A stretch of DNA of 64,000 bases from IMG/VR virus record IMGVR_UViG_3300032295_000548, positions 32,001 to 96,000 of that record; one strand, given 5' to 3'. This document shows positions 1-15,000 of this stretch, piece after piece. The stretch is from a virus (taxonomy: Duplodnaviria > Caudoviricetes). The notes below the pieces were generated by a model. That model was not told the origin of the DNA and did no database searches. It saw only the letters and a program-made list of their open reading frames with translations. Made by a program: the position numbers and the translations under genes. How positions within the stretch are numbered: position 1 is the stretch's first letter; every line of letters starts with the position of its first letter.

Positions 1-3000
1 GAAGTGTATGTTAATAATGTCACAGTTCCTCATGATGAATATACTGTGGTAGTTGGCCCGGACACAACTACAGTAACTTTAACTACAGATCCAATAATAG
101 AAACAGTCATTCAAATTTTAGTATTGAGTGACCAAGTAAGTCAAACAGCGTATTATTCTATACCTGTTAACTTAAACAACAACCCATTGAATGCAGATAT
201 CACTGTTGCAAACTTAGGTGATATTCGTGGCCAGTATCAAAGTATATTTTACAATAACCCAAATACAACCGGTGAAGTATTTGGTCCAAACAACTACCGT
301 GATCTAGGTAATATGGTACCGTGGGGCGATAGGATTATTCAAAATAGTGCTAGCATGGTTTTACCAGGAGCATTCTTACGTAAACAAGAACATAACCTGT
401 TCAATGCATTAATGTTTAACAGCAGAGAATATGTCAAGTTTAAAAACCTATTGGCATATACTGTACAAAATAGTGACTATACGCAACGTTATGATCCAGC
501 TACATTATTAGATGATGCGTTGGATCAAATCACTGCATCAAAGAACGACAGTCAACCATTCTTTTGGTCTGATATGCTACCAAACAAAGCGGCGTATGTT
601 TCTAATACCTACTCATTTGCAAACAGTTTGGATGTAAGTATCTATCCATTGACAAGAGTATATGATTATACTACTGCAAATTACTACGGGGTATTAGTGT
701 ACTTGACACGCACAGCCCTAGGCGTAACAACAACACAGCAATTAATTAAAGGACAGGACTATACCATTAGCACTACTGCACCTTCGTTAACTGTTTCATT
801 AGACTTGCTACCGGGTGACGTAATTACAATTAAAGAGTATAATCAAACTTATGGCTCTTACGTACCAAACACACCAACTAAGTTAGGGTTGTATCCTGCT
901 TATACACCTGAAGTAATACTAGATAGTAATTACAGCACTCCTACTTATTTCATTCGTGGTCACGATGGATCATACACAAAACTATACGGTGAATATGATG
1001 CATTGACTGGATTACTAACTGATTTTAGAGATCAAACTAGTTTGGAATTCGAACTACGTGTATACAACAACTTAAAGATTAGTTCTGTTATACCTATCAA
1101 GGAATATGAAGTTGTTCCTGGTTTCTTTAGAGAAATTGACTATACTTACGAACAATGGTTGTCTATTTATAGCTCTGGTTTCTTAAACTGGGTAGGTCAA
1201 AATCGTTTGAATTATAAGATCCAGTTCTATAACAGCAATGATAACTATTCTTACAACTACTATCAAAGCGGAAATGCAATCAACAAGGCACCTATATCAC
1301 AGGGCTATTGGAGAGGTATATATCAGTATTTCTATGATACTACAACACCGAACACTACACCATGGGAAATGTTAGGATTTACTGAGATGCCATCATGGTG
1401 GACAGGTCGATATGGTCCTGCACCGTATACAAGTGATAACTTAGTTTTGTGGACTGACTTATCAGAAGGTATAGATTGGAACAACGGAGATCCAGTTGTA
1501 ATTCCACAAGCCGTTCGTGATGGCTTATTAGAAATTATACCAGTTGATTCTGCTGGAAACTTGCTACCACCGATAGATTCTGTAGTAGGTGCATACAATC
1601 AAAGATTATTCCAACGTGATTGGAAAGTTGGTGATGGTGCACCAGTTGAATTTAGCTACCGTCGTTCTAGTTCATATCCATTTGATCTAATGAGAATAAT
1701 GGCGTTGACTAAGCCAGCACAATTCTTCAATTTAGGAGTTGATGTAGACCATTACAAATACAATGCAGAATTTAATCAATACTTGGTAAACAACCGTAGT
1801 CACTTGAGAATGAGTGATATCGATGTGTATGGATCAGGCACACCAGTTACTAGTTATGTAAACTGGGTTGTTGACTATGAAAAACAAGTCGGCATAAACG
1901 CCACAACAAACATTACAGAAATGTTTAACAACATGGATGTTCGTTTAGTTTATAGAGTAGCCGGCTTCACTGACAAATCACTATTGAAGTTTTATGTTGA
2001 AAAAGGTACACCAAACAGTAGAAATGCTAGTTTGTTGATACCTGATGAAAGCTACAGCGTATTGTTGTATGATAACCAACCATTCAATAGAATTGTTTAT
2101 TCAGGTGTTATCGTTCAAATTAACAGTACAGGTGGATATAACATATTTGGTAATTCACAAACTAATGCTTACTTCAAAACTTTAAAACCAAAATACGCAG
2201 GAAAATATGATACAATAGAAGTTGAAGGGTTGTCTGTTAAAGTAACACCTGAACACTATTCAACTGAACAACTTATACCTTATAATACTACATTATACAC
2301 AGCACAAGAAGTTTCGCAATTCTTAGCTGATTACGGTGCATACTTAATTAGTTTAGGTATGAAGTTTGAAGATACTGAAAGCGGTCTAGAAATTAACTGG
2401 GCTCAGATGATTGCTGAGTTCTTGTATTGGGCACAAACCGGATGGGCACCTGGCAGTATCGTTACATTGAATCCATCTGCTAAGAAATTGACTATTGACA
2501 AAGATAGCAATATTGTGCAACCATTGACAATACAACAGTCTAACTTTGTATTGAATCAAAACTTATACCCAATACAAACAAATGATCTTTCTATTGTTCG
2601 TGAGGGAACTGCATTCAGCGCAACAGCATTGAATGATGGAGATACTATTTCGTATGGACAGTTCAATTTGAGCAACTTTGAACATGGTATTGTTTTTGAT
2701 AACGTTACCTTGTTTGGGGATATTATCTATAACTTGACAACTGGATTACGTCAGAATCGTATTGCATTGCGTGGTACAAAGAGTGCTGATTGGAATGGTA
2801 CAGTTAACGCAGCCGGCTTTATCTATAATCAAGATAATATCAAAGAATGGAACCGTACAGTTAAGTATACCAAAGGTGAAATTGTTAAGTACAAGAACAA
2901 GTACTGGATCGCTACTAAAATTATCCAAGCAAGCGAAATATTCAAAGAAGCTGATTGGAAACGAACAGATTACGATGAGGTTCAAAAAGGTCTGTTACCT

Positions 3001-6000
3001 AACTCAAGTACACGTAGTTATGAAAGTTCATTGTACTACGACATTGACAGGGCTAACCTAGAGAATGATGCAGACTTATTGAGTTTCAGTTTGATTGGAT
3101 ATAGACCACGTGACTACATGGCTCTTGCAGATTTGACTGATATTACTCAAGTCAACGTGTACAAGAACATGATTAAAAACAAAGGTACATTGAATGCAGC
3201 CTCTGCATTCAGAGGTGCAAACTTGCCACAAGGCGGGATTGATTATGAAATCTTTGAAAACTGGGCTATTAAAGCAGGTGAGTTTGGCGGTGTACTAAAC
3301 AACAACTTTGTTGAATTTAGAGTTAATGAAAAGAACATGACAGGTAATCCTGCAATCGTAGGATTGACTGACGGAGTATACAATGTAGGCGTACAACAAG
3401 AAGTACCATTGTATTCATTGTTTAACTACGGAAGACCTATCACAAATGTTGACGTATTGCCCACAAATGAAGTCGATACTCCAAATACAATTTATCCAGA
3501 TGCAGGTTATGTAAATTACAACGATGTAAAAATGTCTGCATTCTTCTATTCTCAATTGGGAGTAGCAGTTGACAAGAACGGTTCTATCGTACCTATTGAA
3601 GATTTCTTTGTTCGTGATTATGTATGGCTAGCTAATTACCTAGAGCGTTGGGAAGTATATACTCCTGTTGCTATGGGTCAAGTAGTATCAGCAAGAAATA
3701 ACTTGAATGAAACAGTAACAATTACGTTCAACAAACCACATAACCTAAGACAATATCAACCGTTTGCAATTGTAAACTTTGATTTAGCTATCGATGGTTA
3801 CTACCTAGCAACTATTGTTATTGACCAATACAGAGTGTTAGTAAACAGAACACTAGACACAAGCATCAAGACTATTACAGGTCAAGGCGTTGCAATGAAG
3901 TTTAGTTCTCAACGTGTTGCTACACCTGCTGAAATAGCAGACTTGCCACTAACTGACGCTGAGTTTAGAAAAAATACAGTATGGGTAGACACTAATGGTT
4001 CTGGTTCTTGGGGAGTTTATCGTAAAGGTATTAACTACACATTAACTAGCCAAGTAACAAAAACTTCTAGCCAATCGTTAGGTAGTGCGGTTGCGGTTGG
4101 TGATCAATTGGGTTACTTAATAAGTGACGCTGACCTAGGTCAAGTGTATCGTTACACCTACAACGATCTATCACAATCATATGAATTAGTTCAGACTATT
4201 ACCGGCAGTGCATCTTTTGGTAGCACTATTAGCTATGCCGGTGACGTTTATGCAATTGCACAAACTACGGGTGGTTCTAGAACTGTTAAACTATATCAAC
4301 TACAGAATACAACTACTAGTGACGATTTGGTATTGATACAAACTATACCATATGAAACAGGTGCAACTACTTGGGGAACATCTATTGCAATGTCTGGAAA
4401 TCTAGATTGGATCTATATATCTGACATTGACAACAACACGGTTCACGTATACCAACGTTCTAATATATCAACGACCGCTGGCAATTTTGAATCTACAGAA
4501 ACATACGTTATCAATGAAATAGGTACTACCGATTTTACTTTGATTGGTGCAACATCTAACGATGTTGGTGTGAAGTTTATTGCAACTGGTGTAGGAACAG
4601 GCACTGGTGTAGCTACTAAGATTACATACAATGTGGTAACTATTATTGATGGTGATGCATTGGGTTTAACGAACCCTGGTGACAGATTTGGTTACTCAAT
4701 TTCTACGGACTATGACGGTGATGAAATTGTCATAGGAGCTCCGTACAAAGATTACGGTGCTTATGATAAATGGGGCCAGTCATATGTATTTCAAAAGTTG
4801 TATCAGAATATAGAAATTCAGTACAACACAATTGCACCTACATCACAAACATTGCAGTTAGCATGGACACCTGATACAACACAATTTACAGTTACTGCAA
4901 CTAATGCTACTACAGATAGAATTACATTGACTGTAGCAATGGATCCAATAGCAGATTTAGATAAACCAATCATATTTTCGGGTTCAGGATTTGGGGGAAC
5001 AGAAATTGTCACTGAAAAAGTTTATTATGTTTCTACTATTTCAGGATCTAATATTACTATCAAGCAAACCAGAGAAAGCACAACTGATGTTGCACTAAGC
5101 ACGGCTGCCGGATTAACCAACACATATGCTTATCTACAAGACGATACTCTATTTGTATCTAAGAATGGTACATTAGTTCAGGATAACAATTATGCTGTAA
5201 TCAATGATACATTGATTTACACTAACTCTTTAGATGCCGGAGATATTTTAAATGTAAGTGGTCATTTCATTACTATAGTTCAGACTCTTACTACTGAACA
5301 GACTCCTCAGACCGGAGCACAATTTGGCACTAGTGTTGCTACCAATATACATGCTAGTGAAATACTAGTAGGTGCTCCGTATCAATTGAATACACAAGTT
5401 TCTGAAGGTGTTGTTTATCGTTACACTGATCCAGGAGTAGTTTATGGAATATACACTGGTACTACAGATTGTAATGTCACTACTACTAGAAAATTACTAA
5501 TCAATGGATTCTTAACTTACATACCTGCAGGCGACGCAAGTGATGCCGCTGATGCTATTAATTCTGCACAGATTACTAATGTGGCTGCAACTAACATTGA
5601 TGGTAAATTGGCTATCTTCTTAATAGATAGTGATCTTGCACCTGCTTTTGAGAAATTATTCATAGGTGTAACTGACGATCAAACACTAACTGAATTGGGT
5701 ATTCAAACATATACGTTGACACAAGAAATTTTGTGTCCACACACTGAAGGCCCCACACAATTTGGTACAGTAATAAAATTCAACGAATATGGTAGCTTTG
5801 TTGCAAGTGCTCCGGTAGGAACACGATTCAGTGCAACTACATTTGATTTCATTGATGATGAAAATCAAGACAATGATACATTGTTTGACAACAATGCAAC
5901 TAATTGGATAGACGAATCTCCTAACTTTGGTGCTGTTTACATGTTTGATTACATTTCACAGTACAATGAAAGTTTAGCTAATATTGGTAAGTTTGTTTAT

Positions 6001-9000
6001 GCACAAAGCGTCAACTCACCTAATTTAGTGTATACTCCGTTTAATACGTATGACCAAGAAACTGACGTAACATCAAGTAATCAACCTCGTTACGGTACTG
6101 CATTAGACTTTAATAACTACGGTGTCATTGTAGGTACTCCTGGTGATGTTGGCGCTACTACTGGTACTGAGTATGCAGGGTCTGCGACAGTGTACAACAA
6201 CAGTTTGCGTGTCAAAGATTGGTCACTATACAGATATTCTGCTCCTATAGTAGATATCAATAAACTGTTCAACATACAATTGTTTAGTGCCGAAACTAAT
6301 CAAACACTAATCAATTTGGATTACATTGATCCATTGCAAGGAAAAATATTAGGTGCGGTTAGAGAAAACATTGACATAGTATCAAATGTTGATCCGGCAT
6401 CATATAATAATACAGCAACTGTTAATGGTAATCTAGTATGGGGTGCAGATTATGTTGGTAAGATTTGGTTGAACACTAAAAACATGCGTTATGTGAACTA
6501 TCATCAAAACGATGATGTGTCATATAACAGTCAATATTGGGCAACATTGTTCCCAGGTAGTGATGTTGCAGTTTATAGTTGGGTTGCAAGTAACGTATTG
6601 CCTAGTAGCTATCAAGGACCAGGAATTCCTCTAAGCATCAACTCATACTCAATACAATATGTAATAAATGAATCAGGTGCTCTGACTCCTGTATATTATT
6701 TCTGGGCTAGAAACACTAATATCATTAATGATAGTAAAACATTGTCTGACAGTATCATTGCGTCATACATTGAAAATCCTAAAGCATCTGGTATTAGTTA
6801 TTTCAGTCCTATACTACCTAGCGTTTATGGATTATACAATTCAAATGAATACATCAATGCAAATGATAGCGTATTGCACATTGGTTTTGCAACCGGAACA
6901 AACAATGATGTTTCACACGAACAATTCAATTTGATACGTGCTGGATTTGCAAGTGATTTCTTACCTGGAGTTCCATTGTTGTCTAACGAAGCTCCTGACA
7001 GTTTATATGATAGATTACTAGACAGCTTGTGCGGTGTAGATGAAACTGGTGCAATTGTTCCTAACCCATATTTACCAAAAGCAGTTCAAACTGGTATATT
7101 GGCTAGACCTCGTCAAAGCTTCTTCTTTAATCGCTATACTGCGTTAAAGAATTACCTACAGTATGCAAACAGTATATTGGCTCAATTTCCAATCACTGAG
7201 ATTCGTCAATCATCATTCTTAAATTCGAATGGTATTTTTTACGACACTGCTGACTATTGGGAATATATTAATTGGTGGTCTACTGGCTATGACAACAATA
7301 CTAAGTCTGCACTACAAGTTTTAAATTATGCAGATTTATCTACACTGTCTGTAGTAACAGGTACGATTGTATCAGTTACATCAAATAGTAACGGTAGAAC
7401 AGAAACGTATGTATATGAATCCAGTGGTAACTGGAGACGTATTGGCCTAGAGAATGGTACTATTAGATTCAAAACATCATTGTGGGATTATGAATCAGTT
7501 CGTTTGGGATTTGGTGATAATTTCTTTGACACTGATCTTTATGATATTTACCCAAGCGAAGAAACACGTAAAATTGTCCGTGCATTGAACGAACAAATTT
7601 ACACTGATGACCTTTTAGTATACAGAAACCGTAGTTTAATTTTGTTGTTTGAATACATTCAAAGTGAAACTACTGAAAATCAAAACTACTTGCCATGGTT
7701 GAATAAAACATCATTCATTGATGTTGCTCATACTATTCGTGAACTACGTCCTATTGAAGTATTCCAAAGTGATAACCAAGATTTCTTATCCGGTTACATG
7801 AATGAAATTAAACCATACCACGTAGTTATTAAAGAATTCTTATTCAAATATACAGGTGAAGAAGTTTATGGTGGTAATATCACTGACTTTGACTTACCTT
7901 CAAAATATAGTGCGGCTCAAGCGCAGTTCATAACACCTCAGTTAGTATACGCTAATTCTAATGGTGTAAATCAGTTCACACCTGATGATCCTATATGGGA
8001 AGAGCAAGAATATTCGCAATGGTTTGAGAATCATGGATTATCAATAACTGGTGAAAATGAAGTGCAGATGACCACATTAGCTTCATACCTTTCATTGAAC
8101 ACGAACTCATTTGCAGTAGATAATGCACAGGGTTTCCCTATCAATGGTATACTAACAATTGGTACAGAGCAAATAGGATATTCATCTGTTGATAGAGCAT
8201 TGAATGTTTTATCTGGTTTGACTCGAGGTGTAAACGGAACTACAATAGCACAGCATATTCCAGGTCAATTGATCTATATGAATTTACCGGCTGTTCTATT
8301 GTTAGATGGTGGTAGAGGATATGTAGAACCGCCTAAAGTAACAGCGTACATAGATACTACATTGTATCCTGCTCCAACTGTACCTGCTGTACTGACTGCT
8401 GTTATGAATTTGGATAGTGTATTAAGAGTTGACGTAGTTAATCCTGGCCAAGGGTATGCAGTATTGCCTAAGATCATAATTGATCCAGCAATAACAGTAC
8501 CGTTTACCAGTGCAGATGTAAACATCTTCTCTAACACAATTCAAGTATATGCTCCATTATTGCAAACAGGTGATCTTGTTCAATACAAGGTAGGAACTGA
8601 CAGTACTGCTATTGGCGGGCTAGAAAATAATCAATGGTATTATATTAATGTTTTAGAAACAGTACCATCAGTTGTTATTGGATTTTACGATAACTACGCT
8701 GATTGTATAGATAATCATGATAGATTAAGATTGTTTGATGCAGGTACAGGTTCAAATCACACGATAAATCAAGGTGCAAAAGCAAGCGCAATTTCTACGT
8801 CTGCCCCGGTTAGAGAGAATGACATTGTTTTGAGATTCGACAGAACCACATACGATTCTCAAGTTTTAGAATGGTTAGCAGGAAGATACTATGGTGCTTT
8901 CTATGCTGGTACTTACTCAAATAGTGAGTCAGTATCCAGTTCATCTATATCGCTACAAAGCACACAACCTCCAATCGCAGATATATTGGCAAGTGCTCAA

Positions 9001-12000
9001 GGTGTTGCGTTTGAAATCACTGACCTTAGAAATGAACGTGTAGTAAATTACAGTTCATTCATACGTTATGTTGATAGCACATACGCCGCAAATGAAGTCA
9101 TAAGACTAGAACTACAAGACGATGGTTCAGGTAATCCAAACGCATCAGGTGGTACTATTGGTTTCTATGTTGGAATGCCGATCAAGTTCACAGGTGATGT
9201 TGGATCTAGTGGTATTATTACTAATCAAGTTTACTACGTAAACAGCATCATCAACCAAACTGATTTTACTATATCTGAAAGCAGTACAGGTAGTCCAATC
9301 AAAGTATTGTCTAACTGGACAGTAGGTCCTGCAGGATTACAATGTTACGTTGGTGAAGTAACTGATACTGCGGTTATTACGGTTAACTATCCGGGCATTT
9401 TAAATGTAACTGCAACTCAATCAACTGTAAACAAATTGACAGTGCCATTGAATGTTACTGGTTCAGGTGGTACTGAAGGATTCTATATCAATCTACCAAT
9501 CTTCTTTACAGGCACAGATTCTAATTTACCACAAAACGGTGTGTTTGGTGGTATTGTAGAAAACGAAGTATACTATGTTACAACAGTGGTCGACAACCAA
9601 ACGTTCACCATGTCTGAGGAGAAAGACCCACAAACATTTAATGTAACTGCAACGGTTGCTTCTACTGATACTGTTGTAATAGATGGTGACACCTCAAAGT
9701 TAACAGTAAATGAACCTATAATCTTCAACACAATGGTTGTTGCAGGAACAGAAACATCTTCATTTGGTGGATTAGTTTCAGGAACTACATATTACGTATC
9801 GTCTATTGTAAGCCCAAGTTCATTCACTATTTCTACATCAATTAACGGGGCAATAGTTGCATTGTCTAATGTATCGGCTGCATCTAACACCTCTGCTCTA
9901 TGCACAAGTCAGAAAAATACCTTAGCATTAACAACTACAACAGGTAATAACATGGTTGTCAACGTTAGCTTGCCAGTAAGCCCAGGACAAGTTAATGGTC
10001 AGTTGTTCACCCTATATGAAACTTCAGGGCAATATCCGAGTCTAGACGGCACTGATGGTAATTTGATTACTAGGGGATTAGCCGCATTGATAGGTCAAAG
10101 AACTATTGATAGTGTAGTAGTTGATGTTAACGCAATTGTATTAACTAACTTTAATCCAGGCGATACAGTAGCATTGGGATTGACAAACATTTACATCAAC
10201 ATGCCAATTGAAATTTCAAATGACTTGTTCTATAACAACGTACTAGTTCCTGGAACTACATATTACGTAGTAGAAAAAGATACAATTGAAATTGAAGTCA
10301 CAAACACATCATCTTCAACTAATGAGTTGACTTGCGATACTACTGAGCTATTATTCGCTGATATGCCAATCATATTCTCGGGCGCTGGTATTGGTGGTGC
10401 TGAAATTGATGTTGAATATTGGGTTAAGGAAGTTGTAAGTGATACTAGATTCACTATTACTAATACACCAGGTGGTTTAGAACTAACCTTATCTACTGCT
10501 AGTGGATTGATGACAGGTACTGGATTACCTTATATTAAGGTTGCTACCAATATTGGAGATCCTGCAATATTCCCAGGTAACACACAGCAAAGTGCTTCTA
10601 TCAGCGCCGCAAATCCAGCTGTAATTACAGTCAGTGGAGCACCTACAGACGGTGACACTGTTATTTTCAGAAATGGTGAAGCTCCTGCAGGTATGGCGTT
10701 GAACACAACCTACTATGTACGTAACGCAACCAACACTACATTTAACATTTCGTTAACATCTACAGGCTCGCTAATAAACACTTCGGCTGGTGTAGCTAAA
10801 ACGTCAACAATGGTTATAACTGAGACAACTACAATAGATCAAACTCCACTAACAGTTCCTCAATTTGATGTCAGCTACATCTTAGGTGGCTATAGAGTAT
10901 TGATTACCAATCAAGGATCAGGATATGCAGTTGATAATACAATTGTGATCCCGGGCACTGATATGGGAGGAACCACTACATTAAACGACTTGACGTTAAC
11001 TGTAAACACAATTGATAGTGAAGGTGAAATTTTAAGTGTTATTTGTTCAGGTACAGTGCCAGGTGACAGTAATCAATATTACTTGAAAGTTATTTCTTCT
11101 ACAGAATTTGAATTGTATGCAAATCAGTTGATGACAGTTCCTGTTAGTGGATTGAACTTACCATATGTAGGTATTACTGAAACTACTGTTACAGCAACAC
11201 AATCATCGACAGATATTATTACAGTGTCAAGTACATCAGGATTTAGTGTAAATGATGCAGTAGTCTTTACTGGAAGTAGTTCAGGTGGAATGGTTCAAGG
11301 TCAAACATATTACATATTGGACAATATTAATTTTACTGCAACTACATTGCAAGTTAGTGAAACCCCAAATGGTTCTGTATTTCAGTTAACAACTGCGGTC
11401 TCTCAAAATTATACAATGGCTAAGTTTGGTTCAGTTGCGTTGTTACCGGAACCATTCATATTCAATCAGAGCATTGTTAAGTATAACAACCGTGTTTATG
11501 TTTGTGTTGTATCAAATAACGACCAAGAGTTTGTATTTGGTAAGTGGGAACTATTAACTAGTGGTGATCGTAGACTAAATGCAATGGATCGTGTAATGGG
11601 TTATTATCAGCCTACCGTAAATATGCCTGGCAAAGACTTGTCACAGTTGTTTGAAGGGGTAACATATCCAAATAGCACATACTTAGGTAATCCATTCGCA
11701 CCGGATCAACAATATGCAGTAGATACTATTTTACAAGATCAAGCGTTCTATCCTACTGATGTAGATATACATGCTGTAGTTTGGGACGGCACTAGATATA
11801 TTGCTGCCGCGGATATGTCTACATATTCAAGTGTGTTGTCTAGTTTAACTACTGATGAATGGGCTATACAAAAACTAGCAAACACTCCGATCAATACAAC
11901 GGATATGATTTATGCTGGTGGTTATTATTTGTTAACTACAAATAACTCTGCAACACCTATCTTCAGAAGTGAAAATGGCATTACATGGACAACAAACGGT

Positions 12001-15000
12001 TACTTTACTCCATGGGGTTCAGTACCATATGACACTACAACATATGACTTCACCGCACTAAGCATATCTTCATTGAATCTAAATTCAGTAGGATATAGAA
12101 ATGGAATATGGGTATCAGTAGGAGATGGCGTAATATCTAGTGATGATACTTACATTTGGAGACAACGTTTTACATTTGGTAATCCTCTACTAACTAATAT
12201 ACTATACGGTGTAAATGGTATTGATATTACTGCATTCCAAGGCTTCATTGCAGTGGGTAAAGGTCAACAGATGGATTACTCTAGTGGCATTGGAGTTACA
12301 ATCAATGTAAGCATTATATTAACTAGCACTGACGGAATTACATGGAATCAATTAGCACCAGTAAGTTCTAAAGGATTGTACGGAATAACACACAACGGTA
12401 CAAACGCATTAGCAGTCGGTGAAGATGGTGTAATCTATATTTCTAATAACGGTGGCAATTGGTTAGGCGTAAATGAAGTAACTGTTATTAGCGTCAACGC
12501 ATCATCAAACTACCTAAACGTAACTAGCACAACTGGATTCGCAGTAAACGATCAAGTAGTATTCTCTACCTCGTTTAACGTGTTTACTGCAGGAACAACA
12601 TACTATGTTAAGACTATTGTTTCTGGCACTCAATTACAATTGAGCACTACATTAGGAGGCTCAGTCGTCACATTAACTGCGGCAGATCCTTCTACAACCA
12701 CATACATGTCAGCTATTGCTACACATGATTTAGTAGACGTTCTTTATGCTAATGGTGTTTATGTTGCTGTGGGCGATAACGGTTACGTTATAACGTCAAT
12801 GAATGGTTATGATTGGGCACAAAGAACGACAGGTACATCAGAAAACTTGAATGGCATAGCATACAATGCAGATGATGATATATGGATTGCAGTTGGTGAG
12901 AACAATACAATTCTAGTAAGTTATAATGACGGTACTGATTGGACTAGTTCTTCTGTCTTTGCCCCTCAAACAACAACATATGATGTTCAGGGCGCAGAAT
13001 TTACATATGGTTACGGTCCAGAAGAACTGGTGCCAGGTGTTGTAACTGACAACATTACTATGACTGTTGCTACACGTCCTGGTACTAATTGGGACGAAAC
13101 GATTTATCAACATGTTGGTTATAATGTTGTAAGTATTGAATTAACTCCTACATCAGGTACACAAACTTTATACAGCTTTGACGTTGGCAACTTGTACAAC
13201 ATACAAAATCCAGCACAAATAGCAGTTTATGAAATCAATGGTTCTACTGGTTTAGGTACTGCTATTTACAACACAGTAGACTACACAATAAATTGGGTAG
13301 ATTTTTCTATTACGTTGAACAGTCCTCTACCATTCACACCAGTGACAAATAAGCTACGTGTTGATATCTATGAAGTAGGTAACGGAAATCAATTAGTCAA
13401 GGCTAGCACCAAGACTGATCCAATTCGTATGCACGAAAATACTGGTTGGAATGAAATTTATGTAAACTGTAACTATTCTGGACAAATCTATCAAGGTTCA
13501 GGTGTTATAAGACCTGATACTAATCCAGTTGACGTAGAAGCCACCGAAACAGATTCAACCTCTAACACTATATTGTGTGCAAGTGTTAAAGATTTCTTCT
13601 TGAACGAACCTATCACATTCCAAGGTGCAGTGTTTGGTGGTCTAGCAGAAGATACAACGTATTACGTTAAAACTATTAGTTACGTAACCAATAGAATCAC
13701 AGTGTCTACGACTATCAATGCAGGCACCGGCACAGCAGGACCTACATTGGCATTGACTGATGCTACCGGTTCTATGAATATTATTATTAAAGTTGGTTAT
13801 GGTGAAGTATGGACTACTCCAATCATTTATCACAATGGTAACAAACTATTATTGGGCACCACTAGCACTGTTACTAGAACAAAAGCTAGCAACAATGCAG
13901 TGACAACCAATACGACCGGTGGAATGATTGTAGGCGAACGAATTGTGTTTAGTGATACTATGTTTGGTCCAGTATTGGCTCCGCAGACAACATACTATGT
14001 CAAAACTATTATAGATGCAAATGAATTTACAGTATCTGCGACATTAGGTGGACCTGTCTTAGCATTAACTGATGCAACAGGCGGTGCAGAATTCATTACT
14101 AATGATTATGCATTTGGTATTGCGGAGAATGGAATAACTGCATCTATCATATTTGCTACAGGTGACTATGATGATAATGTAGACTACATAACTTACACAT
14201 TGTTTGGTGAAACAACACCTACACAATATGGTTATACAATACCTGAAACTCAGTTGATTACTGCTGATGGTACAGTAGGTCCGTTCAGCTTAGATAATTA
14301 TGTTTCTGATAACAACCCAACTAATGCGGTTGTAGAACTTAATGGTCTTCGTTTGATTAATACCACTGATTATACTATTGATGACAACACCAATGAAATT
14401 ACATTCACTAGTGCACCAACATTAGGTGATGTAATAGCAGTGACTACATACAACCAAACAGATCGCCAATACTTGAATACACAATATGGTATCACCGGTA
14501 TTACTGTTTCAGACATTGTAGACATTAACAATACTATCACACCTTACTCCGCAACTACTAACTGTACTAATACTACTTCAGGTACAAATCGTATTACATG
14601 TGTATCAACCGGCGGATTCGCTGTTGGTCAAACAGTAGAGTTCAAAGGTGCAACTGCATTTGGTGGTCTTGCTATTGACGGTACTGTATACTATATCAGA
14701 AGTATTGTTAGTGGTACACAATTTACTATCGAAGATGAAGATGGTAACATTGTAACATTGTCAACTGCAACTGGTTTAGTCATAGCTTACGTAGGTGGTC
14801 AACAGGCAGTACGAGTTATTACTGGATCTGCCCACAACCTCAGCGAAGGTGATCTTGTAAGAATTGATGGAACAGTTGGTTCTGTACAATTGAACAACAA
14901 TACATACTATGTTCATGTTATTAACTCCACCGAAGTAGATTTATACTTAGATCAACCATATAACTCGGGATTGGCAGCAATTAACTATCCAGTTACTAAT